DNA of 64,000 bases from contig CAZCXF010000004.1 of the NCBI GenBank assembly GCA_964502615.1, forward strand, positions 7,199 to 71,198, read 5' to 3'. This document shows positions 8,745 through 18,875 of the stretch, one piece after another (the stretch's first letter is position 1; each line of letters opens with the position of its first letter). A model generated the notes under the pieces. It saw nothing but the letters and a program-made list of their open reading frames with translations, was not told the origin of the DNA and searched no databases. A program made the position numbers and the translations under genes. The stretch comes from an uncultured Candidatus Saccharibacteria bacterium. GTDB lineage: Bacteria > Patescibacteriota > Minisyncoccia > Phycocordibacterales > UBA9973.

Positions 8745-10499
8745 TTGCTAAATATGGAAAATACTGAAAAATTATCACATATTCGCCACACATTGGCTCA
8801 CTTACTTGCGCAAGCTGTTTTGGAACACTACCCCGATGCCTTACCTACACTTGGCCCTGCAATTGATAATGGATTCTATTACGATATCGATTTTGGTGCA
8901 GATAAATTCACAGATGAGGATCTAGAGAAAGTTGAAAAAACAATGCTAAAAAACCTGCCAAATTGGATAGAGTTTAGCCATAAAGAGGTTAGCAAAGAAG
9001 AAGCATTGGGTTATTTCAAAAAAAATATTTATAAAGCAGAGTTAATAAACGAAATATCTGATCGTGGTGAAAAAATCACTCTATATACTTGTGGTGACTT
9101 CACTGATCTTTGTCGTGGAGGACATGCAAAGAATCCAAATAAGGAAATAAAATTAGACTCATTTAAACTCGACCGAGTTGCTGGTGCATACTGGCGTGGT
9201 GATGAAAAGAATAAAATGCTAACCCGTATATACGGCCTTGCTTTTAATACCAAAGCTGAGCTTGAAGCATATGAAATTCAACAAGAGGAAGCTAAGAAGA
9301 GAGATCACAAGAAACTAGGCATTGAGCTAGATCTATTTACATTCTCAGACCTAGTAGGACCTGGACTTCCACTTTGGACCCCAAAAGGAACTATATTGCG
9401 CAATTTGCTTGATGCATATGTGTGGGAGCTTCGCAAAGAAAAAGGTTATGAGAGAGTTGAAATACCTCATATCACAAAAAAAGATTTGTATGAGAAAAGT
9501 GGACATTGGGATAAATATAAAGATGATTTATTTCGTATAACTACACGTGAAGGACATGAATTTGCAATGAAGCCGATGAACTGTCCACATCACACTCAGA
9601 TCTACTCTCGTAAAATGTGGAGTTATAGAGAACTACCTCAAAGATATGCAAACACTACAACTTGCTACAGAGACGAACAGTCTGGAGAACTTTCAGGCCT
9701 ATCTCGAGTAAGGGCTTTTGCTCAAGATGACGCCCATGTATTTTGTAGAATGTCACAAGCACAAGAGGAGTTCTTGAAAATCTGGGACATTGTTGAAAAG
9801 TTTTATAAGACATTCGGTTTTAATTTAAGAGTACGTATTTCAAAACACGATCCAGAACATCCAGAAAAATACTTAGGAGACAAAGAACGCTGGGTATTTG
9901 CTGAAAACATGCTTGAAGAAATTGCTAAAGGAAAAGGGGTTGATACATTTCCTGGCATAGGTGAGGCTGCATTTTACGGACCAAAGCTTGATTTCATGGC
10001 CAATGACGCTATTGGACGCGAGTGGCAAGTTGCAACTATACAACTTGATATGAATATGCCAGAGAGATTTGACCTAACTTGTACTAATGAAAAGGGAGAA
10101 AAGGAGCGTATTGTAATGATACATGCAGCAATCATGGGATCAATTGAGAGATTCTTGTCTATATTGATAGAACACACTGCTGGTCAATTCCCTGCTTGGC
10201 TTAATCCAATACAAGTAGCTATAATCCCAGTCAAGGAAAATCATTTCGAAGAAACAAATAAAATAGTACAAACTCTTTCAGAAAATGGTATAAGAATTGA
10301 GCATATAGATTATAACGATAGTCTTGGTAAACGCATTCATGCTGCAAAGAAAATTAACACTCCTTATATTATAGTTGTTGGAGATAAAGAAAAAGAATCA
10401 GGACTTCTCACAATAGAGAAACGTGATGGATCAAAAATACAAATGTCACTCCCTGATTTTATAAATCACATCAAAGAAGAAATTAAAAACCGCTCCTAG
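8745..10499 (+). CDS. thrS: Threonyl-tRNA synthetase, short form lacking the N-terminal TGS domain
   Basis: 'HIRHTLAHLLAQAV' (second additional domain), class II core and a C-terminal anticodon-binding domain. TTG start at 8745, with an alternative ATG at 8754. Confidence 0.9.
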   Translation: MLNMENTEKLSHIRHTLAHLLAQAVLEHYPDALPTLGPAIDNGFYYDIDFGADKFTDEDLEKVEKTMLKNLPNWIEFSHKEVSKEEALGYFKKNIYKAELINEISDRGEKITLYTCGDFTDLCRGGHAKNPNKEIKLDSFKLDRVAGAYWRGDEKNKMLTRIYGLAFNTKAELEAYEIQQEEAKKRDHKKLGIELDLFTFSDLVGPGLPLWTPKGTILRNLLDAYVWELRKEKGYERVEIPHITKKDLYEKSGHWDKYKDDLFRITTREGHEFAMKPMNCPHHTQIYSRKMWSYRELPQRYANTTTCYRDEQSGELSGLSRVRAFAQDDAHVFCRMSQAQEEFLKIWDIVEKFYKTFGFNLRVRISKHDPEHPEKYLGDKERWVFAENMLEEIAKGKGVDTFPGIGEAAFYGPKLDFMANDAIGREWQVATIQLDMNMPERFDLTCTNEKGEKERIVMIHAAIMGSIERFLSILIEHTAGQFPAWLNPIQVAIIPVKENHFEETNKIVQTLSENGIRIEHIDYNDSLGKRIHAAKKINTPYIIVVGDKEKESGLLTIEKRDGSKIQMSLPDFINHIKEEIKNRS

Positions 10500-10510
10500 G
10501 AGCGGTTTTT
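10490..10510. terminator. Rho-independent terminator CCGCTCC-TAGG-AGCGG + TTTTT, shared by the convergent thrS and 10513..10968 genes
   Basis: Overlaps the thrS stop. GC stem plus T-run. Confidence 0.6.
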
Positions 10511-10512
10511 AA

Positions 10513-10968
10513 TTATAAATAATTTATTTTAATACCTAATTTTTTGGCTTGATCATGTTCCCAGTTTGCACCTTTTGATGTTTGCCAATTATTCATAAAA
10601 TAACACTCTTTTATTAGCCCAGATTTAAATAATGGTTCGTAAAAATCATACAGTATAGCCTCTGGGTATTTATTTAGATCAACTTTCATTTTTATAACCT
10701 GCATTGGCCATTCAAATGGCATCTGATCAAAAACATTCAAACCTTTATTTTGTAAATTTTTAATTGTTGAATCAAACGCATTCAAATTGTCTTCAACATT
10801 ACCCAAACCACCAGTACCAATAGGACCACAAACTTGGACTACTGGTTGTGGCATACGATTAAGAACTCTTTGTGCTATAAAGTATAATTCCTTAAAATCT
10901 TTTGCAGCTTGTACCGCTAAAATATCTTCTTCTGTCCAATATTGTTTCGTTATATTATTTATTTGCAT
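10513..10968 (-). CDS. Hypothetical protein with a DUF4406-like (nucleoside 2-deoxyribosyltransferase-like) core
   Basis: 'VQVCGPIGTGG…NLNAFDSTIKNLQNKGLNVFD' resembles the DUF4406 motif 'VYISGPMTG…FN…G..V.NP'. Weak call. Confidence 0.3.
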   Translation of the reverse strand: MQINNITKQYWTEEDILAVQAAKDFKELYFIAQRVLNRMPQPVVQVCGPIGTGGLGNVEDNLNAFDSTIKNLQNKGLNVFDQMPFEWPMQVIKMKVDLNKYPEAILYDFYEPLFKSGLIKECYFMNNWQTSKGANWEHDQAKKLGIKINYL

Positions 10969-11971
10969 TTTTACTTAAAACTTTCTTTTTTATCTTATTT
11001 TCAATAGCAGCCTGGCGTAAATCTGGTATATCATCGTCTTCATCCATTATTTCAGTTCCTATTATTTCTTCAATAACGTCCTCGACTGTTATTACTCCTT
11101 CAAACCCTCCGAACTCATCTAAAACTATAAATAGGTGGGTTTTTGTTTTTATAAATTTGTTTAATACTGAATCGAGAGGATCAGATGGATGTACAAAGTA
11201 TATTGTTTTCTCCATCAAATCACTTACTTTTTGTGGTAATTTTATTCCTATCAAATCCTTTAAATAAAGCATACCCATAAATTGATTGGTGTCGTCTGTT
11301 GCCACAGGTAGTCTAGAATAACCTGAATCTTTCAAATCAAGTAAATATTTTTCATCAATAATATCGTCCACATGAAGAGTTTTAACAACAGTATTAGGAG
11401 TCATAACGTGTTCAACTTTTTTGTGTGAAAATGAAAAAGCTCCACGAGCAATACGTCTCTCGTCTTGATCTACTTCTGTACTAGTTGCAGCATCGTCTTC
11501 AATAATAGATAAAATATCGCGTTTAGTATAACGAGTAGGACCTTCCTCTCCAAGCAACTTATTTAAACACCAAGCAATTGGGTAACAAATCGGTGAAGCA
11601 AACCACATAATAAATCGTATTAGTGGAGCAGTCTGGGCTCCAAATTTTAGTGCATGTCTAGATACGGCTGCTTGAGGTAATATCTCACCAAAAATGAAGA
11701 GCAGTATTGTAGATAGCATTCCTGCAACTACCCCGTGGAGCATATCTCCAAGTAAAATTGCAAAAAATGAACTTGCTGCTGCATTTCCTAAAAGAAGTGT
11801 TGTCAGTAGCAACATTCCATTTTTACGGATTCTATAAACTTTCTCTGCATCTTTATCACCATGTTCTATCTTTCTTTTGAGAGTAGAAAGATCTAGGCTC
11901 ATAAGCCCAATTGTTAAACTTGAGAATAGTGCGGCAAATGATACACAAATTAGAGCAAGAATTATATACAT
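10955..11971 (-). CDS. CNNM/CorC-family transporter (DUF21 transmembrane domain plus CBS pair)
   Basis: N-terminal multi-TM DUF21 and tandem CBS domains. A typical HlyC/CorC architecture that lacks the C-terminal CorC_HlyC domain. Confidence 0.8.
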   Translation of the reverse strand: MYIILALICVSFAALFSSLTIGLMSLDLSTLKRKIEHGDKDAEKVYRIRKNGMLLLTTLLLGNAAASSFFAILLGDMLHGVVAGMLSTILLFIFGEILPQAAVSRHALKFGAQTAPLIRFIMWFASPICYPIAWCLNKLLGEEGPTRYTKRDILSIIEDDAATSTEVDQDERRIARGAFSFSHKKVEHVMTPNTVVKTLHVDDIIDEKYLLDLKDSGYSRLPVATDDTNQFMGMLYLKDLIGIKLPQKVSDLMEKTIYFVHPSDPLDSVLNKFIKTKTHLFIVLDEFGGFEGVITVEDVIEEIIGTEIMDEDDDIPDLRQAAIENKIKKKVLSKNANK

Positions 11972-11975
11972 TTAA

Positions 11976-14078
11976 TTAAATATCGAGTTTTGCCATCTTG
12001 GCGTGGGACTGGATGAAAGCTTTACGAGGAGGAACTTCTGAACCCATAAGCATATCAAAAACCTTATTCGCATCTTCAGCATCATTTATAGTGACTTGTT
12101 TGAGTATGCGTTTTGAAGGATCCATTGTAGTTTCCCAAAGTTCTTCGGCATTCATTTCTCCGAGACCTTTGTAACGCTGTACATGTATCTTTACTGCTTT
12201 CTTTGTTTTAGATTTTTCATCTTCTTCTTCAATTTCTACTTCAACTTCATTTTCTCCCTCATTTGCAGATTCTTGAAGTAATTCTTCTATAGAAGGAGCA
12301 TCTTTTCCTAGCAAACGGTCGCGTTCTTCATCAGAATAAGCGTAAGATATCTCTTTACCTTTTTTAATTTTAAACAATGGAGGTTGTGCAATATAAACAT
12401 AACCTGCATCTAGTACTGGTCTAAAATATCTATACATGAGAGTTAGTATAAGAGTTCTGATATGAGCACCATCCACATCCGCATCGGTTGCGATTATCAA
12501 TTTATGATAACGAATTTTTTCAATATCAAAAGTATCACCGATTGATGTTCCCATAGCGATAACAAGATTTTTTATTTGTTCACTACCAAGCATTCGATCA
12601 AGGCGTGCACGCTCAACGTTTAAGATTTTTCCACGAAGCGGTAAAATCGCTTGAGTTTTTCTATCACGACCCATTTTAGCAGTACCACCTGCAGAGTCCC
12701 CCTCTACTATAAATATCTCAGATTCTTCTGCACTTTTTGATTGGCAATCTGCAAGTTTTCCAGGTAGTGTCATACCTTCAAGAGCTCCTTTTCGTAATAC
12801 TGAGTCTTTAGCGGCTTTAGCGGCTTTACGAGCACGAAGAGCAAGGATTGATTTATTAATGATTGCTTTTGCTTCATCTGGGTTCTCTTCTAAAAACCCA
12901 GTAAAAGCATCTCCAAATACAGTAGCAACTGCTCCTTGAGCCTCTGTAGATCCCAATTTTGCCTTAGTTTGGCCTTCAAATTGAATCTCGCGCAATTTTA
13001 CTGAGACAACAACCATAAGACCTTCTAGAACGTCATCTCCAGTAAAAGCGCCATCTGCTTCTTTTATTAAGTTATTCTTCTTACTATAAGTATTTAAAAC
13101 GCGAGTTAGAGCTGTTTTAAAACCGGTTATATGTGTACCACCTTCTGGGTTATAAATATTGTTAGCAAATGGAACTATGTGAGAGTTAACATCATCTACG
13201 TATTGAAGTGCCACTTCTACTCCAACTTCATCTACTTCTTTTTCAACATAAAAAACAGTTGGGTGTATAGCTTTTTCAAGTTTGTTATAAAACTTTACAA
13301 GTGATACCAATCCTCCTTCAAAGTAAAACGTTGTACTAGGAACTTCCAGAGAAAGTTCTTTGAACCAGAAAACTTTATCATCACTAAGAGCTTCTGCTCC
13401 TTTGGTAAGTATTGATTTAGCAAAAGATTCATCTCTCGCATCGATAATATCGATACGTAGACCTTTAACCAAATAAGCTTGCTGACGTAAATGGTTTACG
13501 ATTGTATTCCAATCAAATTTAACTTGTTTAAATATTTCCTCGTCAGGACGAAAAGTAATAATTGTACCGTTATTTTTAGAAGTGCCAATTTTTTTTACAG
13601 CTGCTTTACGTTTACCTTGTGAATATTCTTGAACATATTTTCCTCCATCACGATGAACAACAGCTTGAGTATATATAGATAGAGCGTTAACAACAGATGC
13701 TCCAACACCATGGAGACCACCAGAGACTTTATATCCACTATCGTCTCCTCCGAATTTTCCTCCGGCGTGAAGTGTGGTCATTACTGTTTCAAGTGCAGAG
13801 ACTTTTGTTTTTGGGTGAACATCCACTGGAATACCACGACCATTATCTGCAACTCTTACAGAATTATTTGGAAGTAGTGTAACTTCAATATGATCTGCAA
13901 ATCCTCCCATCGCTTCATCGCGAGAGTTATCGAAAATTTCCCAAATTAGGTGGTGAAGTCCATCAACCCCAGTTGAACCAATATACATTCCAGGGCGGCG
14001 ACGGACTGGCTCAAGACCCTCTAAAACTGAGATCTGATCTGCTCCATATTTAGCATTTTTTTCATCCTTTTTAGCCAT
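11976..14078 (-). CDS. gyrB: DNA gyrase subunit B (type IIA topoisomerase ATPase subunit)
   Basis: 'LEGLEPVRRRPGMYIGST', GHKL ATPase and TOPRIM domains, and a C-terminal GyrB tail. The ORF track extends to a TTG at 14087; the ATG at 14078 (MAKKDEK…) matches the GyrB N-terminus. Confidence 0.85.
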   Translation of the reverse strand: MAKKDEKNAKYGADQISVLEGLEPVRRRPGMYIGSTGVDGLHHLIWEIFDNSRDEAMGGFADHIEVTLLPNNSVRVADNGRGIPVDVHPKTKVSALETVMTTLHAGGKFGGDDSGYKVSGGLHGVGASVVNALSIYTQAVVHRDGGKYVQEYSQGKRKAAVKKIGTSKNNGTIITFRPDEEIFKQVKFDWNTIVNHLRQQAYLVKGLRIDIIDARDESFAKSILTKGAEALSDDKVFWFKELSLEVPSTTFYFEGGLVSLVKFYNKLEKAIHPTVFYVEKEVDEVGVEVALQYVDDVNSHIVPFANNIYNPEGGTHITGFKTALTRVLNTYSKKNNLIKEADGAFTGDDVLEGLMVVVSVKLREIQFEGQTKAKLGSTEAQGAVATVFGDAFTGFLEENPDEAKAIINKSILALRARKAAKAAKDSVLRKGALEGMTLPGKLADCQSKSAEESEIFIVEGDSAGGTAKMGRDRKTQAILPLRGKILNVERARLDRMLGSEQIKNLVIAMGTSIGDTFDIEKIRYHKLIIATDADVDGAHIRTLILTLMYRYFRPVLDAGYVYIAQPPLFKIKKGKEISYAYSDEERDRLLGKDAPSIEELLQESANEGENEVEVEIEEEDEKSKTKKAVKIHVQRYKGLGEMNAEELWETTMDPSKRILKQVTINDAEDANKVFDMLMGSEVPPRKAFIQSHAKMAKLDI

Positions 14079-14088
14079 AAATACCAAG

Positions 14089-14115
14089 TAATTATAGCAT
14101 TTTAGGCTATAATTA
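14089..14115. promoter_or_regulatory. Perfect 10-bp inverted repeat (TAATTATAGC-7 nt-GCTATAATTA) in the gyrB promoter region, with a TATAAT hexamer in each arm
   Basis: Seen in sequence. The minus-strand TATAAT lies 12 nt upstream of the gyrB ATG, suggesting a near-leaderless transcript. The palindrome may act as an operator. Confidence 0.3.
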
Positions 14116-14137
14116 GCCAGTCGATTTTATGCTTATT

Positions 14138-14641
14138 TTAAGGGTTATTATAGCAACCTTTTTGAGTCTGGCTACCATTACCAACAGAGGACCCATCATA
14201 GGTACCACTACTACCCACACAATAATCATGTCCAGTTGGATTACTACCTAAATATACTGGTGTATTTAGACTAGTAGAAATAGAATATTTTTGAGAAGTA
14301 GGATTATTTGCACCCACGTAAAATCCTCCCGCCGAATCTTTAACAATTCGCTTACATACTGCTTGAGCATCACTTGCATAAGCACTAGAGGTAAATCCTA
14401 AATCACAATCCTGAGCAGTATAAAAATATGTTGCCGGAGACTCAATGTTTGCATAACTTCCGTTGTCAGCGTATTCTTGTAAAAGTATTTTTACAAACTC
14501 AGTGAATTCTCTTCTAACTGAGGCATCTTTTGCATTATTCCGTGCATTAGATGACATAGCCATTACTACACTTGCAAGTATTGCAATGATAGCCACAGCA
14601 ACAAGGAGTTCGATTAACGTAAAACCTTTTTGAGTTTTCAT
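14138..14641 (-). CDS. Type IV pilin / pseudopilin with an N-terminal prepilin cleavage-methylation motif
   Basis: 'KGFTLIELLVAVAIIAILASVV' is the canonical G|FTLIE class III signal peptide. 167 aa. Confidence 0.75.
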   Translation of the reverse strand: MKTQKGFTLIELLVAVAIIAILASVVMAMSSNARNNAKDASVRREFTEFVKILLQEYADNGSYANIESPATYFYTAQDCDLGFTSSAYASDAQAVCKRIVKDSAGGFYVGANNPTSQKYSISTSLNTPVYLGSNPTGHDYCVGSSGTYDGSSVGNGSQTQKGCYNNP

Positions 14642-14683
14642 ATAATTTATTAACTACTGTCTATTAATAATTTTTATAATCTA

Positions 14684-15760
14684 CTAGTTAACTTCTTTTA
14701 TTTTATTTTTAATATCTTGTTCGAGATTTTTAACTTCTTTTAATTCTCCTATGAGACTAGCACTAGCAGATTCGAGTTCTGCTATTTCTTCTTCTAACTC
14801 ATTAATTTTACTTGTTTTTTGAGGATACCTATAAACAAAGTTTGCTCTTTTCTTTCTTAAGAAAATAAGGAGTAAGATAAATATTATAATTACAAGAGAA
14901 ATTATAACTATTGAGTTCATATTGCTTTTAAAATCAAAAGAAAATATGCCAGGGTTAATCTTTTCATTTGGTAAAGAAATCCATTTATCTATTATCTGTT
15001 GGTGTTCTTTTGCACTTATTTTTTGTAGACCTTTAGCTAATATAGAGCTCAATACAGTTTTATCTTTGGGTACGATAAAAGCCATTTTAGAATCAAGAGT
15101 AAGGCTACCAACCACTTTAATACTTCTCATTGATTGCTTTGATAATAGATATGTTAAAGATGCAGAATTAATAACAGTAGCATCTACTTCATTTAAGGCT
15201 ACTTTTTGTAATGCAAGTTCACCGTCTACAACTTCTTCTGTTATAACTCTTGGATAATTTTGTTTAATATAAGAAACAACCGGAGAACCTTTAATAACTG
15301 CTACGCTTCTATTATTGAAATCATCCAGTGTCATACCTTCGCGTGAGTCATAATCTTTGCGTACCGCTATAACTACCGGAAAAATTGCGTATGGTTCACT
15401 GAAAATAACCGGTAAATCTTGGTTTTTATCAATCTCTAGAGTCGATATATAGTCAACCTTAGGTTCGTTCATACTTAAGATTATGTCAGATCTGGTACGA
15501 GGAGTTATAAAATCAACTTTTATATCAAGCTTCTCGGCTACAAGTTTAATATAATCTACAAAAATTCCTTGTGATATATAAGAAGAATCATTGAATGAAA
15601 AAGGGGGGTTATTCCTCTCAGGAATAACAGAGATTGTATTATTCCTAGATGATAACCATATGTTTTCCTCACTACTTAGAAGATCTGATTGGGCGTTTGC
15701 GACCAAAAAAGGATTGGTAAAAAAAAGAGCTAATATAATATATATAGGGAATAATTTCAT
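14684..15760 (-). CDS. Secreted SBP_bac_3-like (family 3 solute-binding) domain, then a single TM helix and a short cytoplasmic coiled coil
   Basis: Signal peptide and ~250 aa periplasmic-binding-fold region. TM 'IVIISLVIIIFILLLIFL'. C-terminal heptad 'INELEEEIAELESASASLIGELKEVKNLEQDIK'. Confidence 0.55.
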   Translation of the reverse strand: MKLFPIYIILALFFTNPFLVANAQSDLLSSEENIWLSSRNNTISVIPERNNPPFSFNDSSYISQGIFVDYIKLVAEKLDIKVDFITPRTRSDIILSMNEPKVDYISTLEIDKNQDLPVIFSEPYAIFPVVIAVRKDYDSREGMTLDDFNNRSVAVIKGSPVVSYIKQNYPRVITEEVVDGELALQKVALNEVDATVINSASLTYLLSKQSMRSIKVVGSLTLDSKMAFIVPKDKTVLSSILAKGLQKISAKEHQQIIDKWISLPNEKINPGIFSFDFKSNMNSIVIISLVIIIFILLLIFLRKKRANFVYRYPQKTSKINELEEEIAELESASASLIGELKEVKNLEQDIKNKIKEVN

Positions 15761-15774
15761 GTTGTAATTATAAT

Positions 15775-16857
15775 TTAAGTTTCAATTTTTTTTATCTTCT
15801 CCTTTATATTTTCTTCAAGAGCTTTAACTTCATTTAATTCGTACATCAATCCCTTGCTTGTATCTTCAAGTTCAATAATTTCTTCTTTTAACTCCTCAAC
15901 TGCATCTAATTTAGCGTGCCTTCTTAGAGAAAAGTGTCCGTGCTTCTGTCTTAAAAGTAAAATTATTATTATAAAACAAAGAAGAATATATAATATTATT
16001 GTACTTAAATTACTCTTTACATAAGGTACAAAAGAACTTGCGGATTTTATTTCACTTGGTACTACTACCCATTTTTCTGTAATAACTTTACGATCATCAG
16101 TGCTTATTTGTTGCAATCCTTTATCTATAATTGATTGTAAGATTTCTTTATCTTTAGGAACTGCAAAAGATAGTTTATATTCAAATCCGGTACTTCCAAC
16201 GATCTTTACACTGTTTAGTACTTGTTTAGAGAGATAATATGACAGAGATGTTACATCTATAATTGCTGCATCAACTTCTCCCAATACTACTTGTTGTAAG
16301 CCTAGTTCATCGTCCGTCACAGATTCAATAACAACTCTTGGATTATTGGTTCTAACAAAATCTTCAACCGCATATTTACTACCAATAGCAACTTTTTTTC
16401 CAGTTAAATCGGCAAGAGTTAAATTACTTCCAATATCTATATCTTTCCTCACGACAATGACAGCGGGGCTCGTAATATATACATCAGAAAAATATAAAAA
16501 TTCACTTCGATCTTTAGTTTCTGACAGAGATGTAATAACATCACCTCTACTATCTTGTTTAACATCATCTAGGATCTGAGAAAGTGAGCGAGCTGGTAAA
16601 TACTCAATTTTGGCTCCCAACTTTTTAGCAACCATTTCAATATAGTCTATTGATAAACCCTGTGGGATTCTGGAAGAGGTTTGATATGAATATGGAGGAA
16701 AATTTTTCTCTGGATATACAACTATAGTGTTGTTACGAGACTTAAGCCACAAGTTTTCTTGGGGTGTTAATATATCACTATTAGCCATTATTATATTAGG
16801 GGAAATTGATATAAGGCCGAAAATACTTAGAAATACCAAGTGGCGGAATCTCTTCAT
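15775..16857 (-). CDS. Paralog of 14684..15760 (SBP_bac_3-like ectodomain + TM + C-terminal coiled coil)
   Basis: Collinear with its neighbour at ~40% identity, e.g. 'NLWLKSRNNTIVVYPE' vs 'NIWLSSRNNTISVIPE'. Confidence 0.55.
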   Translation of the reverse strand: MKRFRHLVFLSIFGLISISPNIIMANSDILTPQENLWLKSRNNTIVVYPEKNFPPYSYQTSSRIPQGLSIDYIEMVAKKLGAKIEYLPARSLSQILDDVKQDSRGDVITSLSETKDRSEFLYFSDVYITSPAVIVVRKDIDIGSNLTLADLTGKKVAIGSKYAVEDFVRTNNPRVVIESVTDDELGLQQVVLGEVDAAIIDVTSLSYYLSKQVLNSVKIVGSTGFEYKLSFAVPKDKEILQSIIDKGLQQISTDDRKVITEKWVVVPSEIKSASSFVPYVKSNLSTIILYILLCFIIIILLLRQKHGHFSLRRHAKLDAVEELKEEIIELEDTSKGLMYELNEVKALEENIKEKIKKIET

Positions 16858-16876
16858 AGTTTACATAATACCATAT

Positions 16877-18022
16877 CTATTCCCTTTTTTCAGCAGGAAC
16901 GGGAGATATTGGGGCTTGAGATAGAATCTTATCCTGACGCTCCAACTCATGCTCTGTAAGTTGTATTTTCTCTTCTTCTAGACCCATTTTACGTTTTAGG
17001 ATACGCATACGTCTTGATGAATACCAAGGTATAAAGTATATAAGCATTATCAAACCAACTATTGGTATAAGCAGTATTAGTATATTGATGAATATAATTA
17101 GTGCTTTTATGATTTTACTATCATTTACAAATAATCTGACCCCGAGTCCTGGCTTATTAATATTGTTGTCATTATCTACCAAAAATGGTGTTGCATTATA
17201 GACACCCGCAACTAGATTGTTAGGTGTAATATATTCAAATAATCCTTTGTCGTTGTTTTTAACCAAGACATCAGTTAGACGTTTCTTTTTGGATTGTATA
17301 AAGTCCATAAACTGCTCACCAAAAGACTTACTAGAAACTTCTTCAAAAGATAATTTGGTTAGGGCATTAGGTTCTCCTTTTCCTTTCAAATAAGCACTAT
17401 CCTTTGAAAGTACTGATTGCGAATATTCGGTTATCACAGGCAACGCCAGCAATTTATTATTATTTGTCTTAGCAATTGGCCTTATTAAGTCGAGAGCTCC
17501 AGAAGCTATAATATTAAAACTTGTAGAATTTAATCCATTTATTATATTAGTTCCGAGTCCATCATTTGCAAGTATTGATCCTTCATTAAAAGACACTGTT
17601 GCATTACCAGTCTTCTTAGCTTGAAATACTATGTGAAAAATACTACCTCCTTGTCCAGTGTATCCAGGATTTAATATCACTCCTTCAAAAGATATTTTAT
17701 TTCTACTAACATTTGGATCATGTGTCCATATATTCAAAATACTATTATCCCTTGAAATAGAACTTATTTGTATCAAATCCCCAGGGAATGTAATAGACCC
17801 TGAGACAGCGTTTATTGCTTGGTCTGGTGATTTAACTTTGACATCGATTGTTATATTTTCTCCTTCCGATACCGTCGTCTGAGATTTACTTAGAAAAAGT
17901 GATGCTTGGCCTGCATATACAGGAGTAGCAATAAATACTACTAATATTAGAACACTATATATTATAGTTCTTACGTAGTATTTCATCTTTTTCTTTTTAC
18001 CACAAAAAACAGAAAATAGCAA
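16877..18022 (-). CDS. Membrane-anchored surface protein with an N-terminal cohesin-like domain
   Basis: Signal/TM, then 'ISFEGVILNPGYTGQGGSIFHIVFQAKKTGNATVSFNEGSILANDGLGTNII' resembling the cohesin beta-sandwich C-terminal strands. C-terminal TM anchor 'IIFINILILLIPIVGLIMLIYF'. Confidence 0.4.
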   Translation of the reverse strand: MLFSVFCGKKKKMKYYVRTIIYSVLILVVFIATPVYAGQASLFLSKSQTTVSEGENITIDVKVKSPDQAINAVSGSITFPGDLIQISSISRDNSILNIWTHDPNVSRNKISFEGVILNPGYTGQGGSIFHIVFQAKKTGNATVSFNEGSILANDGLGTNIINGLNSTSFNIIASGALDLIRPIAKTNNNKLLALPVITEYSQSVLSKDSAYLKGKGEPNALTKLSFEEVSSKSFGEQFMDFIQSKKKRLTDVLVKNNDKGLFEYITPNNLVAGVYNATPFLVDNDNNINKPGLGVRLFVNDSKIIKALIIFINILILLIPIVGLIMLIYFIPWYSSRRMRILKRKMGLEEEKIQLTEHELERQDKILSQAPISPVPAEKRE

Positions 18023-18852
18023 GATATTAATATAATAAATACTCCTAGCAATTGAAGTGATGATAGCAAACCAGGTATCTCAACACTAGATTCTCTAATA
18101 TTACCATTGAAATCCAGAGCCCGGACAATGATTGATCTTTTTACTATTCCCTTTGATATCTCAAAAGGGCTCACAACATCCTTCCAATAGCTATGTGAAT
18201 CTTTTATTTGATATTTTTCTACTCCAGAAATAGTATCAGTAGTAAAGAAAGATATCATCGATGGCGTTTTAGAGAAAAATCCTGAAGGAATGTATTCAAC
18301 TACAAATGGTTCCGGTGGCTCTTTATCCCCGCTACTATTCTCAGTAAGATTTATTTTTTGATCTTCTGGTATGTTAATTAAAGTCGTTGCATTGTTTCTG
18401 ACATGGCCTAGGGGCGTTCCAAGGCCATCATTTTGTAGAATACTAGAATCACTAATAGTAAATTCACCTGTGCCATTTATTTTTGGAGAAAACAATAACT
18501 CAGTTATAGGTATAGGTTGTAATCCAACTTTATCAGGGTCATACAAGCCTTCAACTCCACCAGGAATAATCCCAGAAAAATGAATTTTACCTCCGTCATC
18601 TTTTGGAGTTTGAAGCCATAATTTTTTTATACCACCATCTTCTTTGTAACCTTTAAATACAAAAAGCTCTTTGGGATATTCTATTGTAATATCCATAGAG
18701 TTAACTGATACCCCTCCAGAATTTAGATTTACCAATACACTAAATTGACCTGTGCTTTCTATTTTATTTGGAGCAACAATAGAAACATCAGCTGCATATG
18801 CAACCAATGTACTACTTAGAAATATTGCAACTATTAGTAAAAAATTTTTCAT
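17983..18852 (-). CDS. Second membrane-anchored cohesin-like protein (paralogous domain)
   Basis: 'KIHFSGIIPGGVEGLY…GTGEFTISDSSILQNDGLGTPL' shares the 'IL(A/Q)NDGLGT' motif with the upstream protein. C-terminal TM anchor. Confidence 0.4.
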   Translation of the reverse strand: MKNFLLIVAIFLSSTLVAYAADVSIVAPNKIESTGQFSVLVNLNSGGVSVNSMDITIEYPKELFVFKGYKEDGGIKKLWLQTPKDDGGKIHFSGIIPGGVEGLYDPDKVGLQPIPITELLFSPKINGTGEFTISDSSILQNDGLGTPLGHVRNNATTLINIPEDQKINLTENSSGDKEPPEPFVVEYIPSGFFSKTPSMISFFTTDTISGVEKYQIKDSHSYWKDVVSPFEISKGIVKRSIIVRALDFNGNIRESSVEIPGLLSSLQLLGVFIILISCYFLFFVVKRKR

Positions 18853-18875
18853 ATCTTTATTATTTTAATAATACA

